Assembly (NCBI GenBank): GCA_000934665.2
Contig: JYFJ02002970.1
Location: forward strand, 1 to 48,138
Source: Catajapyx aquilonaris
Lineage: Eukaryota
Direction of reading: 5' to 3'
DNA: 48,138 nucleotides
Part shown: in pieces, positions 1 to 12,819 of the stretch
How positions within the stretch are numbered: the first letter of the stretch is position 1
Layout: each line of letters opens with the position of its first letter
The notes under the pieces: generated by a model
What the model was told of the DNA's origin: nothing
Databases searched by the model: none
The model's input: the letters and a program-made list of their open reading frames with translations, nothing else
Translations under genes and position numbers: made by a program

Positions 1-802
1 GGGGGAGGCAAGAGGGTGGGGGGGAGCGACCGTTGGGGAGTTGGCGGTATACATTAATTTCGCGATCTCGGGTTTGCGTCTACATTAAATTTGGCGATCT
101 CGAAAACGGCTGGGAAATTCGCGGTTTTGAGGATTTTTGGATATTGTAACCCGGTGGCAAGGAATCCAACGGCGGAAGTCCGACGTCTCTGCGACGCCGG
201 GAAGTGCGAAATCTTTTTCATCCTCCTCCTCCTCGTCGGATTGGGGCTTTATATATATTAGACTCGCTTTGCGAGCCGGTGGGGCTCCGCCCCCCCGGAC
301 CCCCCCGTGGGGCTGCGCCCCACTTGCGCGCCTTCGGCGCGGTGCCCGTATTCCGCCTAATCCATCCGGTTACAGAAATCAGTGACGTCACCGGTAGCGA
401 TGAGGAGTTTCCGAACGCGCCCTCTCTGACGTATCGTTCAAAACAGCGCTTGGGATGACAGGTGGGACCGTCTGTGACACGGTCTGTGACGTATCATTCT
501 CACGGCAGGTTTGAGTAGTGTAAGCAAATCCCAGGGGGTGTATGGGAGGGGGTGGGCCATTGTTCTCCTTCTTTACGACCATCTGCGGGCAAGGCCGCAA
601 GTCGATCCGGGGGAGTTTGCGTCTACATTAAATTTGGCGATCTCGAAAACGGCTGGGAATTTTGCGATTATGAGGATTTTTGGAATCGGTATACGGGAGG
701 CTAGAAATCCAACGGCGTAAGTCCGACGTCTCTGCGACGCCGGGAAGTGCGAAATCTTTTTCATCCTCCTCCTCGTCGGATAGGGGCTTTATATATATTA
801 GA
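1..802 (-). mobile_element. Head-to-tail tandem of a 540-bp non-autonomous Helitron-like unit (full unit 263-802, partial unit 1-262)
   Basis: About 74-262 is repeated at about 616-802. On the minus strand each unit begins TCTAATATATATAAAGCCCC; the outer one is preceded by A (A|TC). GC-rich hairpins (ctcgc-aaa-gcgag, gggg..cccc) occur at the unit end, 263-345. Confidence 0.6.
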
Positions 803-3474
803 TGAACCTATCACGAATTGCAAATTATACGAAACACAAGATGTAATGGGTATTTGTACTCATTATTTGACATTGAAGTTCCTTCCTCATAATAAACCGT
901 CAGTACTGTACCATACCAAAGTTGTCAATGGCCACCTCCTGTAGCTAGATGGGAAAATGTTGCATGAAACCGGCGTTTAATTTTGGAATCCAAGTATAGT
1001 GCCCTTGATTATCGCTCACAAGTGTCACAACTATGCGAGAGTTTGTCATTTAGTAAAAGCACCTAGTTGAGTGCAATCAAGTGGGCTTAATTAATGCTCT
1101 TCATCTGCGCATATACGAGCATAATAATGGATCACAGGTTGCAGTGAATGTCACGGTATGTTACAGTACTTGAGAATATTTATTCATCAACTTACGACAC
1201 AATAACAAATCTCATTAAAAGTATAGGATAAAGTTCTTACCAAAAATTAATTTGCGTACATAATGTAACAATAGTTACAGCACTGTAACCTTATTGGGAT
1301 CTCCTCCGTAAAACTTTTGGCCCAGGCAATATCTAGATGCTGTCACAACTAACTTCAGTTTTTGTGCAAAAATGTTTGCTTCCACTTTTTCCAATTTCCC
1401 TTACGGTTATAGACGGAGGAAAAAAAAACACAGCTGTCATATCAAAACTTTTCGAAAATAAAAGGGTTGAACTAAAATTGGTTATAGAACCTGTTGGTTG
1501 AAGTATCTAATTAATCTTGTACCCTGGACGCTAGGGATTGATCAATATGGCACGTAAGGTATTTGATGCGACATCTTATCGTGAGAAGATTCTGCTATCA
1601 CGCACGAGCAATGACAATAACATTTTTAATCAGTAGACTGACACAGCTTTGAACTTCATTTTGCAAAAGTAACGATTCATTTTTTTTTAAAAAACCAAGC
1701 TGATTTCACACCAGCCTCGGTCCCAATTAATAATGAAAAGCTTCATCGGTTTTTGGTAACTTTTTCATTATGTCGCCGCTAAAAGCGACAGAATGGGGAC
1801 GAAAATAGTCTGAACTTTTTTGCCCCCATGCAGTACCGTTAATCATTAACGCATCGGATTTTGGGGTCTAGGCTGAAGTCCGACCAGTGGAGATATACGG
1901 TCTGTCAGATGGGCAGTAAATCGGGGTTTCCTTCGATAAAACGACAGTGTCAGTTTACATGCGGACAAGGTTACTTTTTTTTTGGGCAACTCTGGATTAT
2001 GTAAGTCTATATCAATCATTCATGATTTATATGTTTAGGTTCATTCCAACTATTTTTGCGCAGTAAATTGTGCTGTGATAATATTATGCAAACAATTGAT
2101 TTTATCATTTGAGCTAGTGTAATCCATCTGCAGTCAGACGAATGTTTGTTGTTTTTGTTCATGAACAGCGTCCAGTGGAATAATCCTATGCTCGATGTCA
2201 GTATAATTTTGGGTATGATGCGACTAGTTTATCCTACAAGTTAGGCTTTAGCGAAGAACAGAAGGGTTTGATGGGAGGTTCTGTAATGTCAGGATAAATT
2301 TTTTGGAAAGCTATATTTGGCTATTTTTCGCAATTTGCAGGCTTTGAGGCGTAAAATTTAGTCAAAAACGAGAAGAAGGCCTAACTTATTACGCCCTCTT
2401 GTAACTGCAGGAGGCTTATTATGCAGTCTTCATAGTCTTGTATATAAAAATAATTTTGCAAGAAATACACACATTTTTTAGTTATTCCAACAAGTGCAGT
2501 GTTGGCATAATACATATTTTAGAGCGGCCTTTGCACTTTCAAGCGTTTTATTTGCAGCCGCATATTCCCACTGCGCAAAAAAAAATAGCAAACATACGAC
2601 ATGCTTGCTTCAGCAAAACACATACGGAAAATACTGGCCGCTTCTCAAGGTGTTTTATTTTCTGCAAATGGTTCTACTCAGACTGCTATCCATCCTGAGA
2701 TTTGCTCACGAAGGTCTATAAAAATCCCATCTGGTCACATTGTTCACTATTTTATGCATTGACGGATGACGTTATACTAACGCGTCACTGGCGTCAGCTC
2801 GAATTACAATAAAAAAGCATATTCTCTGACGCAGGAGTGGAAAGTCTTCCAAATGTTTTATACGTATTTTTCTTTCCCCGACTCAATATCTGGAGCTGTT
2901 TATTACTTGCGCGAAAGTAATCAAATTTACACTAACACGATTAGCTTGTTTCACTTGACAAAATGACGGCTTCATTATTGGATTACATCATCCGTGCTTC
3001 TTTTTATTTCATTGCCTGTGGAAAGGTCAGTTCTATATATATTACTCGTAGTTTTATAATATACCGTACTAGGAGATGGTGTGATAAAAGTTGCTTAATT
3101 CGTTTTTATAGGACCCCCATTTTTCTAAGAAGAAATTGCTCTATAGTAGTGTCTATTTTAGTTGACACGTGGCAGTGTTTGTTTCGTCACCCATGCGAAT
3201 GGTCATAGGGCTTTCCCAAGAGTTAATTTCGTTAACTTTATTCATTCCGCAACTTCAATCGGATAGTACAATTGTTCGCTCCAACAACATGAAGTTGTAG
3301 GACATGGTAAGTTATATAGTACAGTGCTAATTACTTACTAACGCCGTAGAACATATTTTTAATTTTTTAATATTGTTCCTGAGTAGTAAGTGCTATTTCC
3401 TAATTGATGCCTCAAAAGTATAATTATGAAATGGCTATTATTCCCCAGAGTCTTTGCTGTTATGATGTACAGTA

Positions 3475-3600
3475 CTATCGGGTTCAAATACTTTTGGCCA
3501 CTTTATCCTGGCTTTGAAGCAACCCTTCACACACACGGGTCTGTGCGAAGGGTTACTTCAAGACCAGGATAAAGTGGCCAAAAGTATTTGAACCCGATAG
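3475..3600. mobile_element. 126-bp palindromic MITE (CTATCGGG..CCCGATAG) flanked by TA
   Basis: Near-perfect inverted arms of about 55 bp (CTATCGGGTTCAAATACTTTTGGCCACTTTATCCTGG and its reverse complement); TA at 3473-74 and 3601-02. Confidence 0.85.
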
Positions 3601-3862
3601 TACGTTATGATGTACGATCGTGCATAGATTTACCGCATAATTTCTAAGACGTATACTCCAGTGATCACTAATAAATAATTTGCGGTAATTTTAAGTAACT
3701 AGCGTAATTTTTGATTTGCAGATTGCTTTTGTCTGCCCCTGTGTGAACAAAAATCAGAAAATTAAACCGGCCAAAACGTCACGAGTTGTTTACCCTATCA
3801 ACCGGTTCGAAGCGACGCGACGTAACGATCACGACAAGTGCACGTGTTTCTATAAACAATTA

Positions 3863-3865
<3 letters not shown>

Positions 3866-3911
<46 letters not shown>
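3866..3911. repeat. (TC)n microsatellite
   Basis: About 23 uninterrupted TC units. Confidence 0.98.
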
Positions 3912-3913
<2 letters not shown>

Positions 3914-5250
3914 GCTTACAATGTAGCAAAGTCTATAGTAGGCACATGCAACACAGCCAACATGCCCCTCCCCCGCCTCCCCCCTCCCATTTTCTCTTTC
4001 AAATCCTCAACGTTTTGCAAACTTTGCCAACACTGGAGGAACCCTTCCGAAATATTTGCCATTAAACCGACCCTATAGGAGGAACCGGTGTCCAAATTGC
4101 AAAAAAAAACTACTTCTCGCCTCGGAACCACAAGACGGATTGCGGCTTTCGTTTAAATGGCAAAAGAGGGGGGTGGAAGGTGGGGGGGTTGGGAGGGACT
4201 ATATCCAAGATGGCGGTGGTAGCGCGCGTAATGCGGAACAGGGGTTTAAATGGCTGCAAAACATGAACCGGATGGTTTTTGATTGATGGCCTGGAGCGGG
4301 ATGTGTTTTTGTGTGTGTGGATGGGATGGAACATATTGCCGAAGGGAATTAAAATGCCATCTGGCAGGTGTTTTTCTAGTTATGACTTTGCATTATATGC
4401 CGGCAGGAGTGGTGTAATTATGTAATGTGGCATGAAAATGCTAAATAAATATGGGGCGTTAATTAGGCGGGGAGGTTACGTGCGGCTTCGTTTTTCAGTG
4501 CCTGGTGGGACTAGTGTTGACGACGTGCCTCATCAAAAAACTGACTGGAACTGGCTCGTACCCGAGTTCATAAGCGATAATTAAGCCAGATATTAGTAAC
4601 TACTTCAATTATGTGAAAAACGGCGACAGATGGATGTTAATAACAAATTATGCGATTTTCCGGTTTTTTAAATTAATATCCTAGAATAGCATGTCAGTAA
4701 TATATTATGGAATAGTAGGTTATTTTTGGCTTAGTTTGATAGACTTTCCCCTCAAATGTCTATATTCTGGGTGGTGCTCTGACCAAGTCCGGAGTTCAAA
4801 CAAATAAAGACTAAGATAAGCTGGTTGCTGGAGTTAACAATCCATTACTTCTTACAAGTTAGTCTCAGTTGGACTGTGCGGATTTCACCTTCAAACGGGA
4901 TTTCAAATAGCGTGAATTTTGCTGATTTTATACTCAAAATTCCTATCGCCCTGTCTATATGAAGATATACCTTGTTTACCGTTTACTTTGACAACTTAGG
5001 CAATTTTTAGGCTTGGTCAATAACAAATTATGACCTAAAAATATGCATCATTTCCTCTCTACACTATCATCGACACATTACACAGCAACATGTTATTATT
5101 AACCGAGTTGTAGACACCACTTTCGCAATAATTTATTTCTCACCCTAGTTGTTTCTCCTGGTTAGAGATAAACCCAAAAATAAGCTTCAGTGAGAGTATA
5201 TCGTGGCCTAATATAGTTATTCACCCACAAACACCCAGGGCACTATATTA

Positions 5251-6067
5251 TCTAATCTATATTCTGGAGGTGCCGGCACTCAAAAATGCACGCATGGGCA
5301 GTGCATCAAGTGTCTCACTCCATATTTAACCCAATTTACCGGTACTGACATCGATTGCGGTCCGTCTGGTCATGAAAATTGCAAATCCCAACTGGGCATA
5401 AATTTATTACAACACCCCCATCACATCACACGTGCCGAAAAAAGGGGGGGACATCACAGTTGCCCTTATTTGTCGAGAGGTCCAGGACCTCTAATTAATA
5501 GCTCGTGACAAGATATAACAATTCGCGTGTGACACCTGACTTTTCCATCCGTAATTGGAAGCTTCAGGGATTGTAAAATCATTTTCCCAGAATATCGATT
5601 CAGACCCAAAAGGTCATGGAAGGCCAAAAGGTAAATCCCCTAAACGTGTGCCATCTTAAGAGGTCCCATTTGGGTAGGATCCCACCCACGTTCACCCGAA
5701 ATAACATGCGTTTGAAGCAGGGTGCCAACAGTTTTTTTATTTTTTATTTTAAATTATTCCTGGACGCTGACGAGATTTTTCGACCTCGTCCAACCAACCT
5801 GCTGACCTCTTCACCCACACCCACCAGTCTATGGGAGGGGTTTTCACTTTCCTCTCCCCTCCAAACCCGAGCTCAACCCACCTTGAACCCTGCCGCAAAA
5901 TCAATAACCCACCCCCTACACCCCCTGACCTCCCATCCCCCCCCCACCACCCCTTGGACAGAGGCAAAATATCGACAGAGGCAACCTACGTCAGAATCAC
6001 TTGGCTGGCATTACCCCGCCTGCTTCTCTCCAAAAGTCTTCAAGATTTGGAGAGGGGGTGGGGCTAG
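5251..6067 (+). mobile_element. Non-autonomous Helitron-like element
   Basis: 5' A|TCTAATCTATATTC at 5250/5251 (alternative TC at 5256). Subterminal hairpin CTCTCCAAA-11 nt-TTTGGAGAG, then GGGGCTAG|T at 6064-6068. No TIRs or TSD. Confidence 0.55.
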
Positions 6068-7904
6068 TTCATTAATTAAATTAAAATTAAATTAAAATAA
6101 GTGCCCTACATGTAGTTAGATTTAATGCATTATTTTACGTAGTTCCTAATTCACTTATAAAATTGTTATTTTTAAATTAGCAATGATTCAGGTATACAGT
6201 CTATGAAGTATTAGCTATTGAAATCACGATTTTATGCTAATCACGCAGGCGACGATTTTTCGTTCAATTTATTAACCACTGAATAACTTAACATGACTGA
6301 AGGCTTATGCACTTAGGTGTATGAGGCGTGTCGAAATTTTCCACATTAGGCAGCTGATGGCGTGACTGACAGCTATCGCTCATATCTCGGATGACTTTGA
6401 GATAGCTTTGCAGCGTCCTTCCCAAAATTCCTGCGGGCTGGTTTTATCTATACTAGACATGGAGCAGGTCGCATGACCTACCACATCCGTACCAAGTAAA
6501 GAAATGTTTTACGAGTCTCTCAAGGTTGATACAGGTTGGTGCACTGGTCAAGTCTCAAGAGGATGATATGGGAAGAAGTTATCGATTGACTACGTCTGTA
6601 ATCAGTTTAAATTGTAGCTTATCTACTTCTTTTTTCCTTGCGAGATTGTGATAGTTGCTTCTCTGTAAACTTTGCCGAAGTAAACAAGCGTAGGCTGCGA
6701 ATTTGGGCACTATAGACATACACATACTGTATGTACAGTACATACTACATTTTACATGTGTATTTTTATAGACCACATAATTTTTTACAATATAAATTAA
6801 ATGGCTTCTACGCCTGAACGGTTTTCTGTGCATTATTCAACCAAGCTGAAAACAGTCCGTTGCATTATCAGGGATAATGAACATTTCATGGTGGAAAACT
6901 AGGTCCTCGGGGTGGAAACCTCCTCAGGGGTAATTAAATGAGCAAATGAAACGATAATGATGTTATGCCATCACGGGAGCGATACGCGCGGCGATTTCAT
7001 TATCCCAAAAATCGTGACTTGTTGAAGAGCACGTTTCCGCACTTGAAACATATTTTTGGATATTTTTTTGTTTTTTTGCCTGGGATGACGACCTGGAATG
7101 CACAGTCATATTGGAATTATGTTTGAAGTTTGAATACTGCATTATCTGCTCGTACTGTACAGGATACATTTTTCAAGGAGATTGCTCTAGAAAGACAAAC
7201 AACTATGATAGAGTGCGTCTTATACAAAATGCATAACTCAATTGGTGTCTTTGATCATCTTGTAACCTAGATCTTCAAATGGAGGAATACTGTTTTACTA
7301 CAGATTTTCCATCCTAATCCGCCAGCTATACAGCGTCTCAGCTGCAACTTACGTAACTGTAAGCGCGGTGGTCAATACTTTCTTTAAATGTCTCTATATA
7401 CTCAGCAATAAAAAATACCCCTGCATTTTTCCCCATAAACCTACAGCATAAGTACCCTCCACATGTGCCACGAGCAAGGACACTGCATGACAATGCAAAG
7501 GTATGCGTGTTCCCCAATCTGGCATCGTTTCTGTTATCTCCGTATGTAATCCCCCCCCCCCCTTTCCCCCAATCATTCCAGTTGCTGACTGATAACCTCG
7601 ATATGATGAACTCTTTTTTTTTTCCTTATACGTGCAATGTACGAACAACGAAACCCTCCGGATATTCGTTCACATTTCCCGTGTCCCCCTACCGAAGGGT
7701 GACGTACAGGTTGCCAATAAGGATCAACATTGTTTCCCATCACCTGACCCTGTCGCTCAAACGGATATTGCAACAAGCAACAATAAATTAAGCTACGGTA
7801 TACATCCAGCACAGGATCGAGCCTCTTCCAAATGCTAAATATAACCCATGNGGGGGGGGGGGGGGGGGGGTCCGTCGTTAGCAATGGTGGGGCGCGGGAA
7901 TCCC

Positions 7905-7918
7905 GTTTCCATGGCAAC
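7905..7918. promoter_or_regulatory. RFX X-box motif GTTTCCATGGCAAC
   Basis: Exact match to the canonical X-box pattern, within a GC-rich intronic patch of the unidentified gene. Confidence 0.5.
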
Positions 7919-8083
7919 GGCGGGCGTCTGTCCCGGCCGCTTCGATTCGCAACTGGGTTGGTAGGGGAAGCACATCATAAGAGGAGGAGGACAAATGGAT
8001 GCTCGAAATAAAATTTAAAAAAATTGTCCCTATTTTTAAAGTGGACAATTTTTTGAGTGGGGGTGTCCTGATAGTGTACTTAC

Positions 8084-11000
8084 GGGGGTCTTTGTCCCGC
8101 TCCTTGTCCTTGTCCTTGTCCTTGGGCATGGCCTGGGGATTGTGGAAGCGGTCGGAGGAACCCGACGACCTCCGGTTCTTGTCTGTGGTGCTGCTGCTGG
8201 TGGACCCCCTGGAGGCGCTGGGCGACGCTGACACCACGGACAAGTCCGCCGCACCCGAGCCCCGGCCCTTCAAATGCCCTGTATCCACAGAGAGACGAAA
8301 AAAGTGGCATGTTTTCAAGATAATGGTCGCAACATCTTCTGGCAGCGACGCCAAAAACGACGCGTGTAAAGCAACAGCCACCAGTTGAACGGGGGCCAAT
8401 ATACTCACCGGACGATTGTTTCTTCTTGGGTGTGGGCGACTTCTTGCGGAAGATGCCCGAGTGTGTCGTCGATGGCTGCTGTCCCGACGGCGACGGCGGC
8501 TGCGGGTTGGTGCTGGTGCCGTCAGCAGCGGTGGCGGCGGCGTCGTCGGACGTCACCACATTAGACCGATCCGGGCTATCCTCTTCACCACGACGGAGGT
8601 CGCCGTTGGTGCTCCGGATCCCCAAAGTCCGGACCGCTGAAGAAGAAGCGCAACTGGTTAGCCCACACTCGCACAGGGGGATTGTCCACACCCACAAAAA
8701 AAATATTGAAAAAAACAACGAAAAAATAAAAAAGCGCGGTTCGCAACAATGGCGCGACCCACTCTCTAACAACCGGTCGGATCAGAGTGGCTGATGCTGG
8801 GCGCCGTCGTCGTCACACGGGCGTCGAGGGCGTCGTCGCACCAGCATCGATCCGAACCCCCTGGTGTTCCCCACACCACCTACCACCCCCTACCAGAAAT
8901 GCCATCAGCTAAAAACTAGGTGGGGTGAAATAGCCCCGCCTACCTGCCACATCCTCCTGCGCCACTGAGGTTGTCTTCTTATTACGAGACACAAACTGTG
9001 CGAACCTCTCGCTAAAGTACTTCATGACTCCCTCGCTTCTTACCAACTGACCTCCACATATCCCAGACACCTATCAGATATACGTTGGGGGAGGTGTGAT
9101 AACGTTCAACTATCGTGTTTCCAATCCTGGCTATAGGGGGGGTCGAAGGTTGATAAAGATATGTACTGTACCACCTCCAACTAGTTACAAGCTGTCATAA
9201 TATATTCCATATGTACGTTGCCGGAACAATAGCTTTATTATACCTTTTTTGGATTCAGGCACGAACCCCCACTTTTTTTTAATGCAGTACAGGGTGTTTA
9301 CAGGACGTGAGGACAATGTCATGATCTATCGATTTGGAGAGATAAAATTCCCAAGTACGTTGTTTTTTTTTTTATCCACCTCGCTTTGGGGTTACATCAC
9401 TTGTGCACTTGAACCGCGCATGATCGCACCGTTGCATTAACTGGTTAATGGATCGAATATTTTAATAGGTGGCGCCATTTGCAGTTTCCTGGTGGCGCCC
9501 CTGTGTGAGCAAGATCCAAGATTAGCCTCGTTTTCCCCCTTGACACAATGACACCTTACAGTGCCTTGATCAGCTTTTGAAATATAGGTTTACTCCTGCT
9601 CTGTACGTCATTTTGTGAGCTAATAAACAAAGGGCGTGCATGCTCATAAACTTGCACACAGTTACCGTTAACCTATCTGATGACATCATTGCAGTACATA
9701 TATACTGCCAACTTCTTTTTGCCTGAGGCCCCGACATCAAAAAATCATCTCGTGAATCAGGCTCGATTACGCAATTCGCGTACAATGTCCCACCCTCCAT
9801 ACAATGGCTCTATTCCATTTGGATCACATGCCATGTAATCCACGCCTGAAAATAATTGAGGCCTTTCAACCTGTCACGCAATCGAGATACCCTGGTGCTG
9901 TGCCTCACGTTTTGCGTAAACACCGGCTACAGCATATTAGAATATAAGCTGTGTGGTATCGAGACCTCAGGTGTACGTGGGAGAAGTTTGAGCTTTTTTA
10001 AAAAGCGGGGCATGAATCATGTTTGTTACATACAGACATCGCAGAATATTCTTGTTATATATTTTTTTGAAATCATCATAATTTTTATTAAAGAGAGCCA
10101 ACAATCTTGGTCATATTCCATTTCGTTATCAAGCTGCATAAATTGCATATAGGGACGTACTGTACAGTATACCCACCCTATAGCGCTAATAAAGTGAAGT
10201 AATAGCCTAGATTAAAATTAGCTGCAATCTAGGAAAATGGCTTTAATTAATAGCGACTTGCTTCATGTTTATAGCTCCGTTATTGGCTGCGCTACTAAAG
10301 TTGCAGTTATGCAAAAGACGGTGTGCGGGTGCATACGCACACACATCCCGCACATGTTACAACTGCAAATGTGTTGAACTTATAGTGAACAATAAAGGTC
10401 GCTGAAATTTTCCTGTACTTGAACTAGTGTTGCGATTCTCTGTACATACCAACCATCTGATAAGTTATCTTTAACCTATTTTTTTGTTGCTCCCTCATCA
10501 TTCTGTGGTATGTTGAAGACAATTGCTTCAATAGCAAACAAAAGCTTTTCTCAACCGTGCAAATTGCATACAGACTGCACCTAAAGCTTTTTGTATCTGT
10601 CTTGAAATGGATGATAAAATGTTGAGGGGGGGGGAGGAGGAAATTGGCCAATCGATGCGATTGCGGTCGTTTCGAGTCCTCGCCTGCACAACCAGAATTG
10701 GATAAAAACCCGTCTGCATGTTTGGTTGCTTTTGAAGCGAAAATCGGCTCCTTTTGACTATCAAGTGCACATAGTGTTGGCTGCAATTACTCGAGGTGGC
10801 AATCAGGTCCCTTTTGTAGTCATCTGTCAAATAATGGCTTGGTGCTTAACATATTAACAATGACTACCTATATAGGTTGGCGGTCTGCTTTTGTGAGCTG
10901 CGGAAGTTAACATATATAGCATGTTGCTTTGCTTTGCTGGGGGGGGTATACAGTACATATTCGGAGCAAAAGGAAGGTGCAGTTTGCGCAAAAGGAAATG

Positions 11001-12175
11001 TCAATAATTAATTTTTGAATTAGCTGCAGGGCCTCTGCGTGAATACGGCGCAAATGAAGCGCTCCCGTTTCTCTAAAACTCGCTATTGCTCAAATTAATT
11101 CGATGTGTGCGATCTAAAAATGGAGCGATACCATTAGGGACATAAGGTCACATGATCAGAATCATCCAATAGGAGTTGACATATTACTCAATGAAAAACT
11201 GAAATAAATTAGTAACAAGGTCGACAACATTTTTTGTTGTATTCACCTGAAAATTTGTAAACACAATCGGTTTTCCTGGTCGGATTACGACGATTTTAGT
11301 GTGATACCCCGTACCCACATCTTCCGGACCTACACCAACATATGTCTCTATGGAAACGTATGCCAAAAATACATCCTGCGTGGTGCACCACGCGGTGAGC
11401 AAAAGAGCAAGTTAGGTTGCATAAATAGCCAGGATAAACCAGGGGGCACTCAAGGCTTTTTACATACCGGATTTGCACTTTGACCCATGGATAGGGCATG
11501 AATATTCCTACGCGTCTGATGCCTTTTGTTTGCAGAAATTATTGACACTTCCTTTTTTTTTGCAAATCTCCGATTCTGGGTAAATATTTGCGCAAAATTT
11601 GTTTACTGCATACACATATCCGGGGGGTGTTAAAACCCCATTACGCATCCGATAGCTTACGTCTATAAGAGTAACAATCCGTACACTCAATTCCTGGGAA
11701 TCAATTGGCAAGAATCAAGGCGATCTGATCTATAGTCCTTGACTCCATCCGCGTCCTTCATTGGACGACCCTATCAATTTCCAACGCATCTTCTTTTTTC
11801 TTTCTTTATTAACTTCATACACAGCCAGCTTTATAACACGCTGTACTTTCACTTTTCATGCCACTGCATAAAGTGCGAATTTGTGTCCAAATATGCGTCA
11901 CAATTGATTGCATCCCCCCACTGTGGACACATATGTGGCTCGAGGCATGTACACATATACACAGCAGTGCAGCAGAAGACACCTGTTTCCCACACTGCAC
12001 GTCAAGGCCGTTTTTGCGCAAAAGTTGTGACGTCACACAGTACTTATTACACGGACACACATCACGCTTACTCTTTACTCATCACATTGAAAAAAAAATT
12101 TGAAAAATAATTTCACGTGGTTGTCAAAAACTCACCAGGCTCCTTGTCTTTATTCCTCTTGAATATCCGCAACAT
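8084..12175 (-). CDS. 5' part of an unidentified protein-coding gene (three coding exons; Ser/Lys/Asp-rich low-complexity N-terminus)
   Basis: Exon 12175-12136 (MLRIFKRNKDKEP+G|gtgagt), exon 8636-8409 (gctaac branch, cttcttcttcag| and |gtgagt), exon 8278-8084 (tacag| and |gtaagt). All junctions are phase 1 and join into one open frame ending ...QAMPKDKDKDKERDKDP. No domain recognised and no downstream exons found. Confidence 0.6.
9290..9927. mobile_element. Degenerate Tc1/mariner-like MITE
   Basis: TA|CAGGGTGTTTACAGGACGTGAGG at the left; CCTCACGTTTTGCGTAAACACCGGC|TA at the right (imperfect TIRs). Confidence 0.4.
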
Positions 12176-12819
12176 GATTAGCACTTAGTCCATATTATTG
12201 CTAAATTACACACACACACACAAAATTAAAACAGAGGGTAGGGGGTTGGGGGTTAAATAAAATAGGGGGAAGGGGTTGGGGGTAGGGGGGTCCGTGGTTC
12301 CGATCACTGGCGCCGCCGAGCGCCGACTGAACGAATGGAAGCGAATGGGGCGCCTTTACCCCCCCCTCTCTCTAACCCACCCCACACACACCATAGCCGC
12401 CCTCCCCATTCTGTCCTATACCTATTCTCCACATCAGTAACTGCAGCACCACCCCCCCATGGCTCCTACATAATTCCGACGACGGCGCGATGCCGGGTCA
12501 CGGCTTCCAATGGCAGGGTTTATGTGACGTCAGAGATGCCCACGGTTTAAAAACGTGGGGAGATTTTTGTTGTCCAAAAAAAAATTTGTCAATTAGTACA
12601 GCAGGGATGAGAGTACCGAGGTCACACACTTTCCAAAAGGGCAAATCGGTATGGACTTAAAGTGAGGTTCAAGGTACTGAGGGTTGCGCAATGAGGGACC
12701 AGATTTTTCCAGGCAGAAAAAAAGCGAAAGTGAAAACAATGGTGATGTAAGAGATTGGTCAGTTTGATTTGCACTAAGGTCGAGGAAATGAGTAGGGTAG
12801 AGGGAGGATAGCCTCTCTT

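Noticed and set aside
3916..4334. GC-rich patch with a donor-like GTAAGC and CAAGATGGCGG, as an alternative first exon
   Set aside because: The ORF phase at the donor (2) does not match the phase-1 exons and no homology is recognised; left unresolved.
7851..7870. N followed by a G19 run
   Set aside because: Probably an assembly/sequencing uncertainty at a homopolymer; its length is unreliable.
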